Below the pieces are notes generated by a model. It ran no database searches. It was not told the DNA's origin and was given only the letters and a program-made list of their open reading frames with translations. From Minisyncoccota bacterium (GTDB lineage Bacteria; Patescibacteriota; Minisyncoccia; Phycocordibacterales; WO2-35-19): a DNA stretch of 64,000 bases. Numbering within the stretch: position 1 is the stretch's first letter; every line of letters starts with the position of its first letter. Location: positions 14,568 through 78,567 of the forward strand of contig DATDXE010000015.1 in assembly GCA_036517255.1 (NCBI GenBank), given 5' to 3'. Shown here in pieces: positions 19,048 through 29,139 of this stretch. The position numbers and the translations under genes are program-made.

Positions 19048-20549
19048 TTTTTGTGGAAAATAAATTTACGATAGACAAAGAAATTGAAAATAGCGACGAT
19101 CACACCACAAACTATTTGAGCCAAAATATACCAAAGCAACAAAAGGCTGACAAAAATATACATGACGAGGGTGTTGAGCCCGATACCGATGAGACCAACC
19201 AGAATATACTTCATAAACTGCACATGAGTACCCTTAATCTCTGTGTTCTGAAATACCCAAAGTTTCTGCATAAGGAAACTGACAACAAAAGCGATGCAGA
19301 AAGAAACTATAGATGAAAGAAGATACCAAATACCTAACAGATCGGTAAAAATATAAAGAAAAAATATCTGAGTAAAAGCTGCTGTGCCCCCCCCAACAAG
19401 AAAACGCAGAATTTTATTACCTTCAAAAATAGCTCTGATAAAATTTTTCTTGTCTCCTTCAAGAGCTTTTATTACCGCTTCTTTATAACGAGCTAGGTAC
19501 TGATCCTGGGATATAATATGGCCGAGGGACCAATTCCTCGCCTCCCCCCCTACTTCTGATCTTAATTGTTCATCTCCAATTAATCTCTCTAAGTTTTTAG
19601 CAAAACACTCCACATTTTTAGGATTACAAACGAAAGCTCCTGCAATCTCTCTAGCTACCCCCGCATCAGATAAGACTAAAGCCAAGCCAGTAGAAGCAGC
19701 TTCTACAATAGACATCCCGTAACCCTCAAAAAGCGAGGTAGAAATATAAATATCAGCGCTAGCGTACAAACTAGGTAAATCTTTCACCCAACCAATAAAT
19801 TTTACTTTATCTTTTATATTCAAATCGACACATATTTTTTCCAAATTTTCGCGCTCACTACCTTCGCCAGCAATAGTAAAAACGGCTTCTGGATATTTTG
19901 CTGAAACTATTTTAAAAGCTTTCAGAGCTGTCTCCAAATCTTTCTCCTTCTCCAATCTACAAACAGTCAAAATATTTCTCCCCGTCTTTTCTAAATCTTT
20001 CCATCTTTCCTTATTTACTTCTTTCCTTTCTATCCTGATCGGCAACACCTCTACATTCTCATTAAAATCCTTCACACTCTCCCTCACCCTCTCGGAAACT
20101 ACCCGCACACTATCCGCATAAGGCAACACGATATGCGCCAAGAAAAATCTGATAAAATTCAAAGGCGAGGAAAGTAGAAAATATTTATTATTAAAATCGG
20201 TATGTAGCTGAACTTGAAGTGGAATTTTGTATTTGAATTTTAACAAAACACCCACGATACCGATTTCAAATGGATCTTGGGTAGTGAGTACACAATTTGT
20301 AGTTTGTAATTTGTAATTTGTAATTAATTTTCGAATTATTCTGAATGTATCAAACAAAGACGATGCTGAATAAGCATAAACATTTTCCGAAATATTTCTC
20401 TCAAAAGATTTTTCTCTGCGATTTATAATTACTAGATCTAACTTATCAAAAAGACGCCCGTATTCAACTTGCCTGTTTCTAACAGCTGAGCCTTCTTCAA
20501 ATATTTTACTATCCGTACCTATAGATATGACTTTTATATTTTTTGTCAT
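19044..20549 (-). CDS. GT4 glycosyltransferase fused to a C-terminal GtrA-like domain
   Basis: EGYGMSIVEAASTG, then RFLVGGG..four TM helices..KLWVF/KFIF of GtrA. Confidence 0.85.
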   Translation of the reverse strand: MTKNIKVISIGTDSKIFEEGSAVRNRQVEYGRLFDKLDLVIINRREKSFERNISENVYAYSASSLFDTFRIIRKLITNYKLQTTNCVLTTQDPFEIGIVGVLLKFKYKIPLQVQLHTDFNNKYFLLSSPLNFIRFFLAHIVLPYADSVRVVSERVRESVKDFNENVEVLPIRIERKEVNKERWKDLEKTGRNILTVCRLEKEKDLETALKAFKIVSAKYPEAVFTIAGEGSERENLEKICVDLNIKDKVKFIGWVKDLPSLYASADIYISTSLFEGYGMSIVEAASTGLALVLSDAGVAREIAGAFVCNPKNVECFAKNLERLIGDEQLRSEVGGEARNWSLGHIISQDQYLARYKEAVIKALEGDKKNFIRAIFEGNKILRFLVGGGTAAFTQIFFLYIFTDLLGIWYLLSSIVSFCIAFVVSFLMQKLWVFQNTEIKGTHVQFMKYILVGLIGIGLNTLVMYIFVSLLLLWYILAQIVCGVIVAIFNFFVYRKFIFHKK

Positions 20550-21547
20550 ATTTTTTGGTAAGTAGCCAAGAACTCTACTGCTATCTCATCCCAAGTATGT
20601 ACGAAATTAAAATTCCTGACTTTTTCTTTGGCTCTCTTATATCCTTCTTCTGTTAGCATTTCACGGATAGCTCCCTCTATCTCCTCCTCATTGTCCGGAT
20701 CGATAAAAACACCTGCTTCTTTGATCCTCTCATAAATCCCAACCTCCCTAGTACAAATGAAGGGCCTATTATGCCTTATGCTGTCCAAAATCATATTGGG
20801 GCTGATATCACCAAGAGAAACTAGAATTACGGCATAAGCACTTTTCATTTTTTGCATTAAATCTTTGAAGGGCAAACTATCCATAAAAAGTTGTGCCTCT
20901 GGTATTTTATTAAATATTTTCTTCAATATATCTAAGTTTTTCCAAATCAACTTCCTAGTTGAAGCGACAAACTCTCTCGAACTTGGCTCCAAATCCCCTT
21001 CTTTGGGCCCATAAAAATTCTCCACAATAGAAGTTTTGCTCCTATCCATACCGTAAGCTTTTACAAAAATATCTCTCTGCCAATCAGTAGAAAATATAGT
21101 ATGAGTGACATTTTGCAGTGTCCACCTAGTCAAACTAAAAACTATTTTTTCTTTAGCAGAGAAAAACGATTTTTCAGTGTCGTAGAATTTTCTAAGCAAT
21201 ACTTTTTTAGATGTTCTTTCCACATAACCCTCCCAAAGGAAATCTCCACCGGTCCTTATCATTGATTTTTTACCAAAAATTTTACAGGCGAGAACGGCAG
21301 GTAATCCGACACTGAAAGTGTCTAGTACAAAAATCATATCAGACGATAAGACTGCTGGAATAATTTTAAATAAAAAAAATAAATGTCTCACCCCAGACGG
21401 TAAATAATCTTCTACCCCATAAGTTTTTACGATAACCTCATGCCCCAATTTCTCAAAAGAATCCTTCAAATTCTTGGCATACTGGGCAGGACCACCGACT
21501 TTCGGTGGATAAATGCCTGTAGCGATGAGAATTTTAGAGCTTGCCAT
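20546..21547 (-). CDS. GT4 glycosyltransferase
   Basis: ATGIYPPKVGGPA; RTGGDFLWE; SPNMILD. Confidence 0.8.
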   Translation of the reverse strand: MASSKILIATGIYPPKVGGPAQYAKNLKDSFEKLGHEVIVKTYGVEDYLPSGVRHLFFLFKIIPAVLSSDMIFVLDTFSVGLPAVLACKIFGKKSMIRTGGDFLWEGYVERTSKKVLLRKFYDTEKSFFSAKEKIVFSLTRWTLQNVTHTIFSTDWQRDIFVKAYGMDRSKTSIVENFYGPKEGDLEPSSREFVASTRKLIWKNLDILKKIFNKIPEAQLFMDSLPFKDLMQKMKSAYAVILVSLGDISPNMILDSIRHNRPFICTREVGIYERIKEAGVFIDPDNEEEIEGAIREMLTEEGYKRAKEKVRNFNFVHTWDEIAVEFLATYQKI

Positions 21548-22481
21548 GAATTTTCTCTTTATACCATTCTACTTCTTTCTTCAGCCCCTCTGCTAAAGAA
21601 ATCTTCGGATTATAACCAAGCAAATCCTTTGCCTTCGTGATATTGGCTGCTGTCTCAAGTTGGTCACCAGGCCTTTTTGGTAACATATTAAACTTAGCCT
21701 TTTTACCAAAAATCTCTTCTATAATAAGAATCCCCTCTCCAGTAGTGTTAGTTGTATCATTGCCAAGATTTATAATCTCACCTTTAACTTTTTCAAAATT
21801 TTGAAGAACTAGAATACAACCGTCCACGATATCTCCAACATAAGTGTAACTCCTCACATGGTCTTTTGCTCCCTCATATAAAGTGAATTCTTTATCCTCA
21901 CACATTGCCTTCGTGAGCTTGTGGAATAATTTCTCCGGTCTTTCTCTTTCTCCATAAACAGAAAAAAAACGTAAAGAAACTGCCGGAAAACCTTTTTCTC
22001 TAGCAAGAGCTAAAACTATTTGTTCAGATGCGAGTTTAGTCACTCCATAATGGGAAGTTGGCTTAGGCTCTGACTTCTCGTCACCTTGAGCATGCTTACC
22101 ATAAACAGAAGAAGTGGAAGCATAGATGAAACCTTTCAGGGTGGGAATGTTTCTAGCGTGTTCAAGAAGTTTGTGAGTAGCAATAATATTATTATTCAAA
22201 TAATCTTCAAATGGAGTGGTAGCCGAAATACCAGGTTGGGCGGCCAAGTGGAAAATAAAATCTGTACCTGTGAGTAGATGGCTTATATCATCCACGGCTA
22301 GATCCAAGAAATGCACCCTGCCTCCAGCAAGCTCCACATCTGCCACATTGATCCTTTTGATAGCGGGGTCGTAATAGGAGGTTAATGCATCCACCCCCAC
22401 CACCTCATGCTCCAAAGCCAAAATCCTCTCGCATAAATGCGACCCAATCGCCCCCGCCGCCCCTGTGACTATGATCTTCAT
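21534..22481 (-). CDS. NAD-dependent epimerase (UDP-glucuronate 4-epimerase-like)
   Basis: VTGAAGAIGS, HLAAQPG, ASTSSVYG, YGVTK; start 22481 or 22490. Confidence 0.9.
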   Translation of the reverse strand: MKIIVTGAAGAIGSHLCERILALEHEVVGVDALTSYYDPAIKRINVADVELAGGRVHFLDLAVDDISHLLTGTDFIFHLAAQPGISATTPFEDYLNNNIIATHKLLEHARNIPTLKGFIYASTSSVYGKHAQGDEKSEPKPTSHYGVTKLASEQIVLALAREKGFPAVSLRFFSVYGERERPEKLFHKLTKAMCEDKEFTLYEGAKDHVRSYTYVGDIVDGCILVLQNFEKVKGEIINLGNDTTNTTGEGILIIEEIFGKKAKFNMLPKRPGDQLETAANITKAKDLLGYNPKISLAEGLKKEVEWYKEKIHGKL

Positions 22482-22518
22482 CCTCCTCATAATGCCACAC
22501 TTTCCTCTTATTTTTTAC

Positions 22519-22560
22519 TTGACAAAGGATATATTACATGATAATCTGATCACGGAGGTG
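22519..22560 (+). promoter_or_regulatory. cassette C promoter and Shine-Dalgarno
   Basis: TTGACA(22519)-17 nt-TAATCT(22542, preceded by TGn); GGAGGTG at 22554-22560, TTG start at 22565. Confidence 0.75.
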
Positions 22561-22564
22561 CAAA

Positions 22565-23167
22565 TTGGACAGACCAATCATCGTTTTTGCATGTGACCTC
22601 ACTGAAGGGGGTTGCGAGTTAGGTCCAGAAACCAAAGCTCGTTGCGACGTCGCGACCCAACGAGTTCAAGAGTACAAAAATCGAAGGGAAAAGGGATTTT
22701 TAATCGTCAGTGCTGGCATGAGTGACAAAAGAAAGTACCCTCAACAAGAAAAACTTATGTCAGTCATGATGAGAGACTACCTTGTCTCAATCGGCGTTCC
22801 GTCTGAACAAGTTATCCTCGGTAAACCCGTGTGGGGAAGCCGGGGAGAACTCCAGGAAGCCCTGCGAATAATCCTGGGACGACAAATGTACATTTTCCAT
22901 CCAGCTATCATTTGGAAAGATGGGCGAGGTATAGTGAGAGATGGAGAAGATTTTTGTTTAGGAAGTTGGAGCGAATACCATATAGACATGGTATCTGGCT
23001 GGTACCACAAATGGAGACTCATCTATCTATCAAGAAAAGTCAGAAAGATGATACCTCTATCTCGTCGTAAAGATAAATGGCATATCCAATTCCTAGCAAC
23101 CAAAGGAAGTTTCAAGAGTTTTCTATGGGAACTAATCAAGCTTCCTACGGCTTTAGTTAGAAGATGA
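22565..23167 (+). CDS. divergent YdcF/DUF218 (ElyC/SanA-like) protein (cassette C)
   Basis: ETKARCD, LIVSAG, MRDYLVSIGVPSEQVIL and VSGWYHKWR resemble DUF218 motifs. Confidence 0.6.
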   Translation: MDRPIIVFACDLTEGGCELGPETKARCDVATQRVQEYKNRREKGFLIVSAGMSDKRKYPQQEKLMSVMMRDYLVSIGVPSEQVILGKPVWGSRGELQEALRIILGRQMYIFHPAIIWKDGRGIVRDGEDFCLGSWSEYHIDMVSGWYHKWRLIYLSRKVRKMIPLSRRKDKWHIQFLATKGSFKSFLWELIKLPTALVRR

Positions 23168-23184
23168 TCTCTCCCGTTTTACCA

Positions 23185-23214
23185 GACGCGCTCGTAAGAG
23201 CGCGTCATTTTTTT
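23185..23214 (+). terminator. intrinsic terminator of cassette C
   Basis: GACGCGCTC-GTAA-GAGCGCGTC followed by ATTTTTTT; overlaps the stop codon of the convergent gene. Confidence 0.8.
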
Positions 23215-24827
23215 ACCACCAAAACCAAATAGCCGGAGAATTTTTGGTGCCAGGGTTTGATGGAGAGAATATTGTCCAGGTTTTCGATTTTGTGGGCGAA
23301 CCATTGGCCAAATTTGGGAGAGATTTTGTAAGCTAGTCTGGTAGAAGCAAATAAGACGCCTCCGGTATGAATATTATTGTTATTTATATTTAATTTTGAT
23401 GTGAAAAATTTCCTAATAGAATCAGGGGTCCTGAAATCGCAATAGTTGGGCAATTCTTTGATACCAAGTTTCTCTAGCAAAGCAAAAAACTTGTATTTAA
23501 TATAAAAACCATCGAGAGCATATTTATTGACGAGAGTGACTACCAACTTCCCTCCCGGCTTCAAAACTCGCAAACACTCCCGATAGCCTTGTATTTGCTC
23601 CTCTAAATTCAGGTATCTGAAAACTTCGATAGCAAAAACTGTATCGAAAGAATTGTCGGCAAAGGGCAAGCTACTCAAACTGGCATTTTGAAAATTAATA
23701 CCCGGATAATTATTTTGGGAATACTCTCGCATACCTTCTGCTGGCTCTACAGCTGAAACAGCAAAACTTTTTTGCTCAAGTAAATTAGAAAAATAACCGG
23801 TACCCGAACCGACATCCAACACCTTATCCCCCACCTTCAAATTCTTATCTATAAAAGAAAGAAGAAATTCAAAAAGCTTCTTCCTGTCGTAAGTGAAAGC
23901 GCTAGCATAAGGATTCTTTTCATATACCTTATAACGATCAGCAAAAACAGAGGCATTGTCATGATGCGAGGAGACCGCTTTATTTTCCCCCTTTTCGCTT
24001 TCTTTAAATTCAGTAGCTATTTCATTCATCGTCATAATTTTAATATTTAGTGATTTGGCTGTCTTTAGTATTTCTTCTAAAATCCTAAACTGGTTATCAG
24101 TATCATAGGCAAAATTGGAAGGATGGAACCAGAGGTGAAATATTTTTTTATTTTTTTCTGCTGATTTTAATGAGTTCTTAGCTTTCTTGATAATAAAATT
24201 CGAAGGAATCAGTTTCCTTAAGCCATTACGCCCAATAAGTAACATGCCCCCAGGGATAGACATTAAACCAGATGAGTGTACCTCCGGCAACCCAGAAACT
24301 GCCCCAAGCCAAAAGTAAGAAAGGAAGTGTGTAAGCCTAGAAGGGTGCTCGTTGTGCCTAAAAGATGTGATGCCTGCTTCCCGGAGCTCTCTGTAATACC
24401 CTTCCGAATTACGCGGGAATACAAAAGATTTGAAAGTTAGGTTATTTCTTTGATGTATTTCTTGAGCTTTAGTTATATCCTCCCTCACAACCTCCTCACT
24501 ATTTTCACCATAAATTATGTGTGAATATGAGTGGCTACCTATTTCATGACCTGCTTTGGAATTTTTAATAAGAGGTATTAAATTTTCCGTATCGTGCCAC
24601 AATAAGTCATCACCAGGTTCCAAAAGTTTACCCACGATAGCCCAAGTCACCGGGACATCATACTTCTCAAACAAATTAATTAACTTCCTCGTAATTTCTA
24701 CTTCTTTTTTAATATCTTCTTTTTGGCTTGCAGAAATATCCTTATCGACATAGCCCCAAGCAAATTCAAAGTCAATGCTGATAGTAAATATGCCCTCTTT
24801 CATAATCATTTTATTATATCTTTGCAA
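23205..24827 (-). CDS. polysaccharide deacetylase fused to a class I SAM methyltransferase
   Basis: ISIDFEFAWG, HEIGSHSYSH, FVFPRN and HLWFHP; then VLDVGSGTG and RVLKPGG. Confidence 0.85.
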   Translation of the reverse strand: MQRYNKMIMKEGIFTISIDFEFAWGYVDKDISASQKEDIKKEVEITRKLINLFEKYDVPVTWAIVGKLLEPGDDLLWHDTENLIPLIKNSKAGHEIGSHSYSHIIYGENSEEVVREDITKAQEIHQRNNLTFKSFVFPRNSEGYYRELREAGITSFRHNEHPSRLTHFLSYFWLGAVSGLPEVHSSGLMSIPGGMLLIGRNGLRKLIPSNFIIKKAKNSLKSAEKNKKIFHLWFHPSNFAYDTDNQFRILEEILKTAKSLNIKIMTMNEIATEFKESEKGENKAVSSHHDNASVFADRYKVYEKNPYASAFTYDRKKLFEFLLSFIDKNLKVGDKVLDVGSGTGYFSNLLEQKSFAVSAVEPAEGMREYSQNNYPGINFQNASLSSLPFADNSFDTVFAIEVFRYLNLEEQIQGYRECLRVLKPGGKLVVTLVNKYALDGFYIKYKFFALLEKLGIKELPNYCDFRTPDSIRKFFTSKLNINNNNIHTGGVLFASTRLAYKISPKFGQWFAHKIENLDNILSIKPWHQKFSGYLVLVVKK

Positions 24828-26013
24828 AAATCTTCTGCCCCATATCTACCGCGATATTATTCCAATCATATTTTTCTACCACCATTTTGTAAGCATTCTC
24901 TATAACTTGGTTTTTATTCGGATCGGAAACACAGCGATTGACTGCTACAACTATACTCTCTGGATCTTCTGGTTTACAAAAGTATCCAGTCTCCCCATCT
25001 CTCAAAAAATCCACGATCCCCCCTACTGGCGTAGCAATAACTGGCAACCTTGCCGCCATAGCCTCTAGAAATGAGTTGCCCATACCCTCTGAAAGAGAAG
25101 GACGAATGAAAATATCGGAGGCTTTCAAATACCCAGGCAAATCATCATGGCTGACAAAACCCATAAATTTAACTCTGGATTCCAAATTTAATTTCTGCAC
25201 TAATTTTTTCAATTCATTCTCCAATTCTCCAATACCAAAAATAATAAACTTAATATTATCGGAAAGGTTGGCCAAAGCTTTTATTACATCCACCACTCCA
25301 TTCTTCACATTCAACCTCGAGCTTGTAATTAAAACCACATCATCTTCTTTGAATCCCCAATCTTTTCTTATTTTAATCTTTCCATCTTTCCATATTTCCA
25401 TATCAAATTTTCCCAAATCTACCCCATTTGGAATTAAATATGCTTCTCCTCTAAAGCCAAAAGTCTTAGCTCTATCTAATAAGTAATTACTGATAGCTAC
25501 TAAAAAATCAGCTTTTTTTAGAGTCAATCTCCATGATAAATCAATAAGCCCTGCCCATTTATATTTCAAATGCTCTTCTGAATCGCCTTCTTGCAAAGAA
25601 AGAATAAAGGACACTCTAGGATTAAAAATTTTAAAGAAATAAGCAGAGTAGCCAGCATAATTGGCCATAAGAGACCAAGTAGCATGAAAAGAATATTTTT
25701 TATGTAGGGAGTTAGCCTTAAAGAAGGCCGAGACAGGATAAAGTAGTTTATTTATAAACAAAACAAATCTATGGTAACTTACCACGTCTTGTTTAAAGAT
25801 AGGAAAACCGATCCTATGCAATACGACATTGCCAAATTTTTCCTCTTTTTTATCGAGAGATGAACGAGAAAGAGTAATCATATGGAACTCGGTAACTTCA
25901 GGATTTATACGGTCAGCAATTTCTTTCACGGCAGCCTCAGCCCCACCTACATAATGAGGATAATAGACGAGTGAAAATATGAGTATTTTTCGAGTGTTTG
26001 GCACAAGAAACAT
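24814..26013 (-). CDS. GT4 glycosyltransferase
   Basis: GGAE; SEGMGNSFLEAMAARLPVIATPVGG. Confidence 0.92.
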   Translation of the reverse strand: MFLVPNTRKILIFSLVYYPHYVGGAEAAVKEIADRINPEVTEFHMITLSRSSLDKKEEKFGNVVLHRIGFPIFKQDVVSYHRFVLFINKLLYPVSAFFKANSLHKKYSFHATWSLMANYAGYSAYFFKIFNPRVSFILSLQEGDSEEHLKYKWAGLIDLSWRLTLKKADFLVAISNYLLDRAKTFGFRGEAYLIPNGVDLGKFDMEIWKDGKIKIRKDWGFKEDDVVLITSSRLNVKNGVVDVIKALANLSDNIKFIIFGIGELENELKKLVQKLNLESRVKFMGFVSHDDLPGYLKASDIFIRPSLSEGMGNSFLEAMAARLPVIATPVGGIVDFLRDGETGYFCKPEDPESIVVAVNRCVSDPNKNQVIENAYKMVVEKYDWNNIAVDMGQKIFAKI

Positions 26014-26022
26014 CCTAACAAA

Positions 26023-27732
26023 TTATGAGCCCCTGAGCACCCCCCTCAAAACATCTTCTGGGACTTCATTTACTTTTGGTTTTGGTGGAGAAGGAAGTGG
26101 TATCTCTTTTTTCTGTTCTAGCGGCTTAACAAAATTTGCTGTGTTTATCGCTGTATTTTTTGGAACAACCTGAAGTTTAGAGAGGGCCTCTTTCAGAGCG
26201 TTCATATTTTTCTCCGTAGGCCCCTTATCTTTTCTTCTATTGTCTTGATTTAATGTATTAAGAGAAATTGTTTCTTTTTTGGGCTCTACTTTTGCTTCGA
26301 CCTTTATTTGTGGTCGTGGGATTTCAATTCTTGGTTCTATTTTTACATTTCTATATTCCTGCCTTCTTCCTTCATTTTCCTTCCTGACTCCCGCCTTACC
26401 GTCGGATAAATCGGGTTTCGGGTTTCTAGCTTCCTCCTTTACTGGGGCATACCATTCATTAATCACTCTTTCCACTTCTTCCTTCGGATGAGCATACGTC
26501 GCTCGTGATTCTGCCACCACTTCTTTCCTGTACGAAATCTCCGGCTTTGGAATAGGAGCCATACCTAAAGCAGAAAAAGGTTGGGAAGGCACTCCGTCGA
26601 TCATAAGCTTCAGGTACATTTGGTACTTTCCAAGATTGACCATGTCCTCAGCGATAAACACAGGAGCAAATTCCTTTTCCAAAACATCGGCATCAAAAGA
26701 GCCGACTCTGAAAGCAATCATAGTGCCTACGTTACCGAACACAGCAGCCCTCACTTCCTCGGCCATTTGTTCGATATATTGGTGAGCTATATTAAGAGCG
26801 AGTTTATATTTACGCGCCTCGGAAAGAATGTCGGCAAAACTTTTGTTAGCAAAGGATTGAAATTCATCCACATACAAATAAAAATTCGGAAGCTTCCCAA
26901 GCTCGGCTTCCGTAACATCGGAACGCGACATAGCAGAGAGATAAATTTTAGTCACCAACATCGAACCGAGCAAGTTAGCGTTACTTTCTCCGACCAAGCC
27001 CTTCGATAAGTTGACGATCAGGATTTTCTTTTCGTCCATGATTTTACGCATATCAAACGAAGATTTCGGTTGACCAATGATATTCCTGATCAAGGGATTG
27101 GAGGTAAATTGACCAATTTTGTTTTGGATCGCAGGAGTAGCTTCCGCGGCAAAACGTTCGGTATACGAAGCAAATTCCTTGGTCCAATATGTTTTTACTG
27201 AAGAATCGGTAACATTATCGACCACTTTCTGTCGATAGACTTTTTCGGTAAGCATCCTGTTGATACCAAGCATGGTAGCACCTGGATACTCAAGCAGAGC
27301 GAGGATGGTATTTTGCAAAATATATTGCATTCGGTCCGAAAAACTTTCTTCACCGAAAAGTTTTTCAAAGGCACTCATAAGGCCAGAAAGTACTAAGTGC
27401 CTTCGCATTGGCCCCACGTCCTCCATTACGTTAAAAGATATGGGGTATTCGGTATCAAACGGCGCAAAATAAATTACATCTTTTATTCGGTGTTCGGGAA
27501 TGTAGTCGAGTAAAAGATCAGCCGTCTTGCCGTGAGGATCGATAAAAGCCACCCCTTCCCCATTCTGAATGTCTTGAATAACCAAATTCTCGAGAAGGGT
27601 CGATTTACCCATGCCTGTTTTACCAATGGTATATAAGTGGCGCAGTCTATCTTTCGATTTTATACCGAAAGCCAGGCGTTTGTTGCGCGAATCCGTCTCA
27701 GCAAAATAAGTAACTTTGTCATCAGGAGGCAT
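26023..27732 (-). CDS. VirD4/TraD/HerA-like P-loop ATPase (type IV coupling-protein-like)
   Basis: RHLYTIGKTGMGKST Walker A; IDPHG; LYVDEFQ Walker B; LSEARKY; AHQY..Q; GNVGT. Confidence 0.85.
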   Translation of the reverse strand: MPPDDKVTYFAETDSRNKRLAFGIKSKDRLRHLYTIGKTGMGKSTLLENLVIQDIQNGEGVAFIDPHGKTADLLLDYIPEHRIKDVIYFAPFDTEYPISFNVMEDVGPMRRHLVLSGLMSAFEKLFGEESFSDRMQYILQNTILALLEYPGATMLGINRMLTEKVYRQKVVDNVTDSSVKTYWTKEFASYTERFAAEATPAIQNKIGQFTSNPLIRNIIGQPKSSFDMRKIMDEKKILIVNLSKGLVGESNANLLGSMLVTKIYLSAMSRSDVTEAELGKLPNFYLYVDEFQSFANKSFADILSEARKYKLALNIAHQYIEQMAEEVRAAVFGNVGTMIAFRVGSFDADVLEKEFAPVFIAEDMVNLGKYQMYLKLMIDGVPSQPFSALGMAPIPKPEISYRKEVVAESRATYAHPKEEVERVINEWYAPVKEEARNPKPDLSDGKAGVRKENEGRRQEYRNVKIEPRIEIPRPQIKVEAKVEPKKETISLNTLNQDNRRKDKGPTEKNMNALKEALSKLQVVPKNTAINTANFVKPLEQKKEIPLPSPPKPKVNEVPEDVLRGVLRGS

Positions 27733-27780
27733 AATACAATTATACAATCTGACGACCAATTATTCTAATTTCTAATTACC

Positions 27781-28923
27781 CTAATTTTTCAATAACGCAG
27801 CTTCTGTATATTTGTTCGCCGGATCCCACAGCATCCAAGAGGTAAGACCGGCATCGTAAGTGCCTTGAATTTGAGCCCGCACCATTTCGGCAGTGTAAGG
27901 AATCGGATAATCATTGTCCTGGAGCCATGGACGAAGCTGTTCTTTTTTTATATTAAAATTTTGAGTAGTGGAGGCTAGGAGTTCAGTTTTTGTAACAGCA
28001 CTCTGCATGACATACTTTATAAGTTCATAAGGTACTTTGTTTGGGTCAGGCCAGCCATTAAAGTGAGCTGGGTAATGTGAAGGATAGACCATGGGAGAAA
28101 TGTAATCGAAATAAGGCAGAGCATTTTCAAGTACCTGACCTATGCCCAAATCATCACTGTTTGTAGTCACCATCCCAAATAAATCTACTGAAGTTTTTAT
28201 CTCAACACCTTCCAGACTTTTATCTAAATGTTGGAAAAATTGTTTAAGCATCAAAGGCTTGGTAGTACTACCAGTATGAGTGAACGCAATATCGTTCATG
28301 TTACCGTCGGAAGGAAAACGAATGTAGTCAAAATTTATTTCATCAAAACCAATTTTTTCCGATTCTTTGGAAATTTCAACAATATAATTCCAATACTCTT
28401 TCGCTCCAACATCGATAAAAGAGAGTCCTTTCCTATCCTTCCACACCCCACCATCACTTTTCCTTTTGACTGCAAGTTCGGGATGCAACTTAGCATAAAG
28501 AGGATCCTGGAAAACTGCCACCCTACCGATGACATATATTCCTCTATCGTGTAAATCTTGAATAAATTCAAGCATGTCAGAAACCCTACAGCCCTCCCCT
28601 TTAGGCCCCAGATCACCAAAAGAAACAGTGCCCGTGTAATCCTTGATGTCGACTACCACAGAATTGAGTTCCGTCACATCTATCAAATCAGCTATTTTGT
28701 TTCGCCAATCACGAAGGCTGGCTACACAAGATGTCATGTAGATTGCCTTGAGTGGCTCCGGTGTGGAAATGTGAATTATCTTAGGAACAGTTTGGCCTGT
28801 AGAAAGAGTCGTAGAACTATCGCTACTTGAATATTTCACCGGGAGAGATAAACCAAAAACAGCAACAAAAAAAGCTAAAATTATGGCTCCTAGAAAAATG
28901 TAGGAGAAAAATTTCCTCTTCAT
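27781..28923 (-). CDS. putative glycoside hydrolase (DUF4015-like), membrane anchored
   Basis: VVDIKD, FQDP, GFDEINFDYIRFP, SPMVYPSHY, RPWLQD. Confidence 0.8.
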   Translation of the reverse strand: MKRKFFSYIFLGAIILAFFVAVFGLSLPVKYSSSDSSTTLSTGQTVPKIIHISTPEPLKAIYMTSCVASLRDWRNKIADLIDVTELNSVVVDIKDYTGTVSFGDLGPKGEGCRVSDMLEFIQDLHDRGIYVIGRVAVFQDPLYAKLHPELAVKRKSDGGVWKDRKGLSFIDVGAKEYWNYIVEISKESEKIGFDEINFDYIRFPSDGNMNDIAFTHTGSTTKPLMLKQFFQHLDKSLEGVEIKTSVDLFGMVTTNSDDLGIGQVLENALPYFDYISPMVYPSHYPAHFNGWPDPNKVPYELIKYVMQSAVTKTELLASTTQNFNIKKEQLRPWLQDNDYPIPYTAEMVRAQIQGTYDAGLTSWMLWDPANKYTEAALLKN

Positions 28924-29090
28924 TTAACTTTTGTCCTCTGAATAATTTTCTCCGATATTTCGGGCCACATAGAGCGCACTAAAATAGCGAGGCCTAAGAG
29001 AGACACGACAATGTGACGCATATTTCCAGGTATACCAAGGAATGGAATAACAAAGATAAGCAGGCCAGTTATAGGGTAAAACCTTTTCAT
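28920..29090 (-). CDS. small two-TM membrane protein (absent from the ORF track)
   Basis: 56 aa MKRFYPITGLLIFVIPFLGIPG...; TATACT 7 nt upstream of ATG; ATGA overlap with the next gene. Confidence 0.65.
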   Translation of the reverse strand: MKRFYPITGLLIFVIPFLGIPGNMRHIVVSLLGLAILVRSMWPEISEKIIQRTKVK

Positions 29091-29139
29091 TGCACACAGT
29101 ATAATTTCTAAATGACAAAAGGTAAAGCTTTTAAAGTTG

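Noticed and set aside
22482-22487. AGGAGG upstream of the resident epimerase gene (minus strand), a possible counter-example to SD absence
   Set aside because: It abuts the ATG at 22481 with no spacer (or encodes Arg-Arg if the start is 22490), so it is not at functional SD spacing; a -10-like CATTAT lies 7 nt upstream. Kept as a caveat.
28924-29118. 64-aa minus-strand ORF from the track
   Set aside because: An overlapping frame (29090-28920) gives a coherent two-TM protein with a -10 box and an ATGA overlap.
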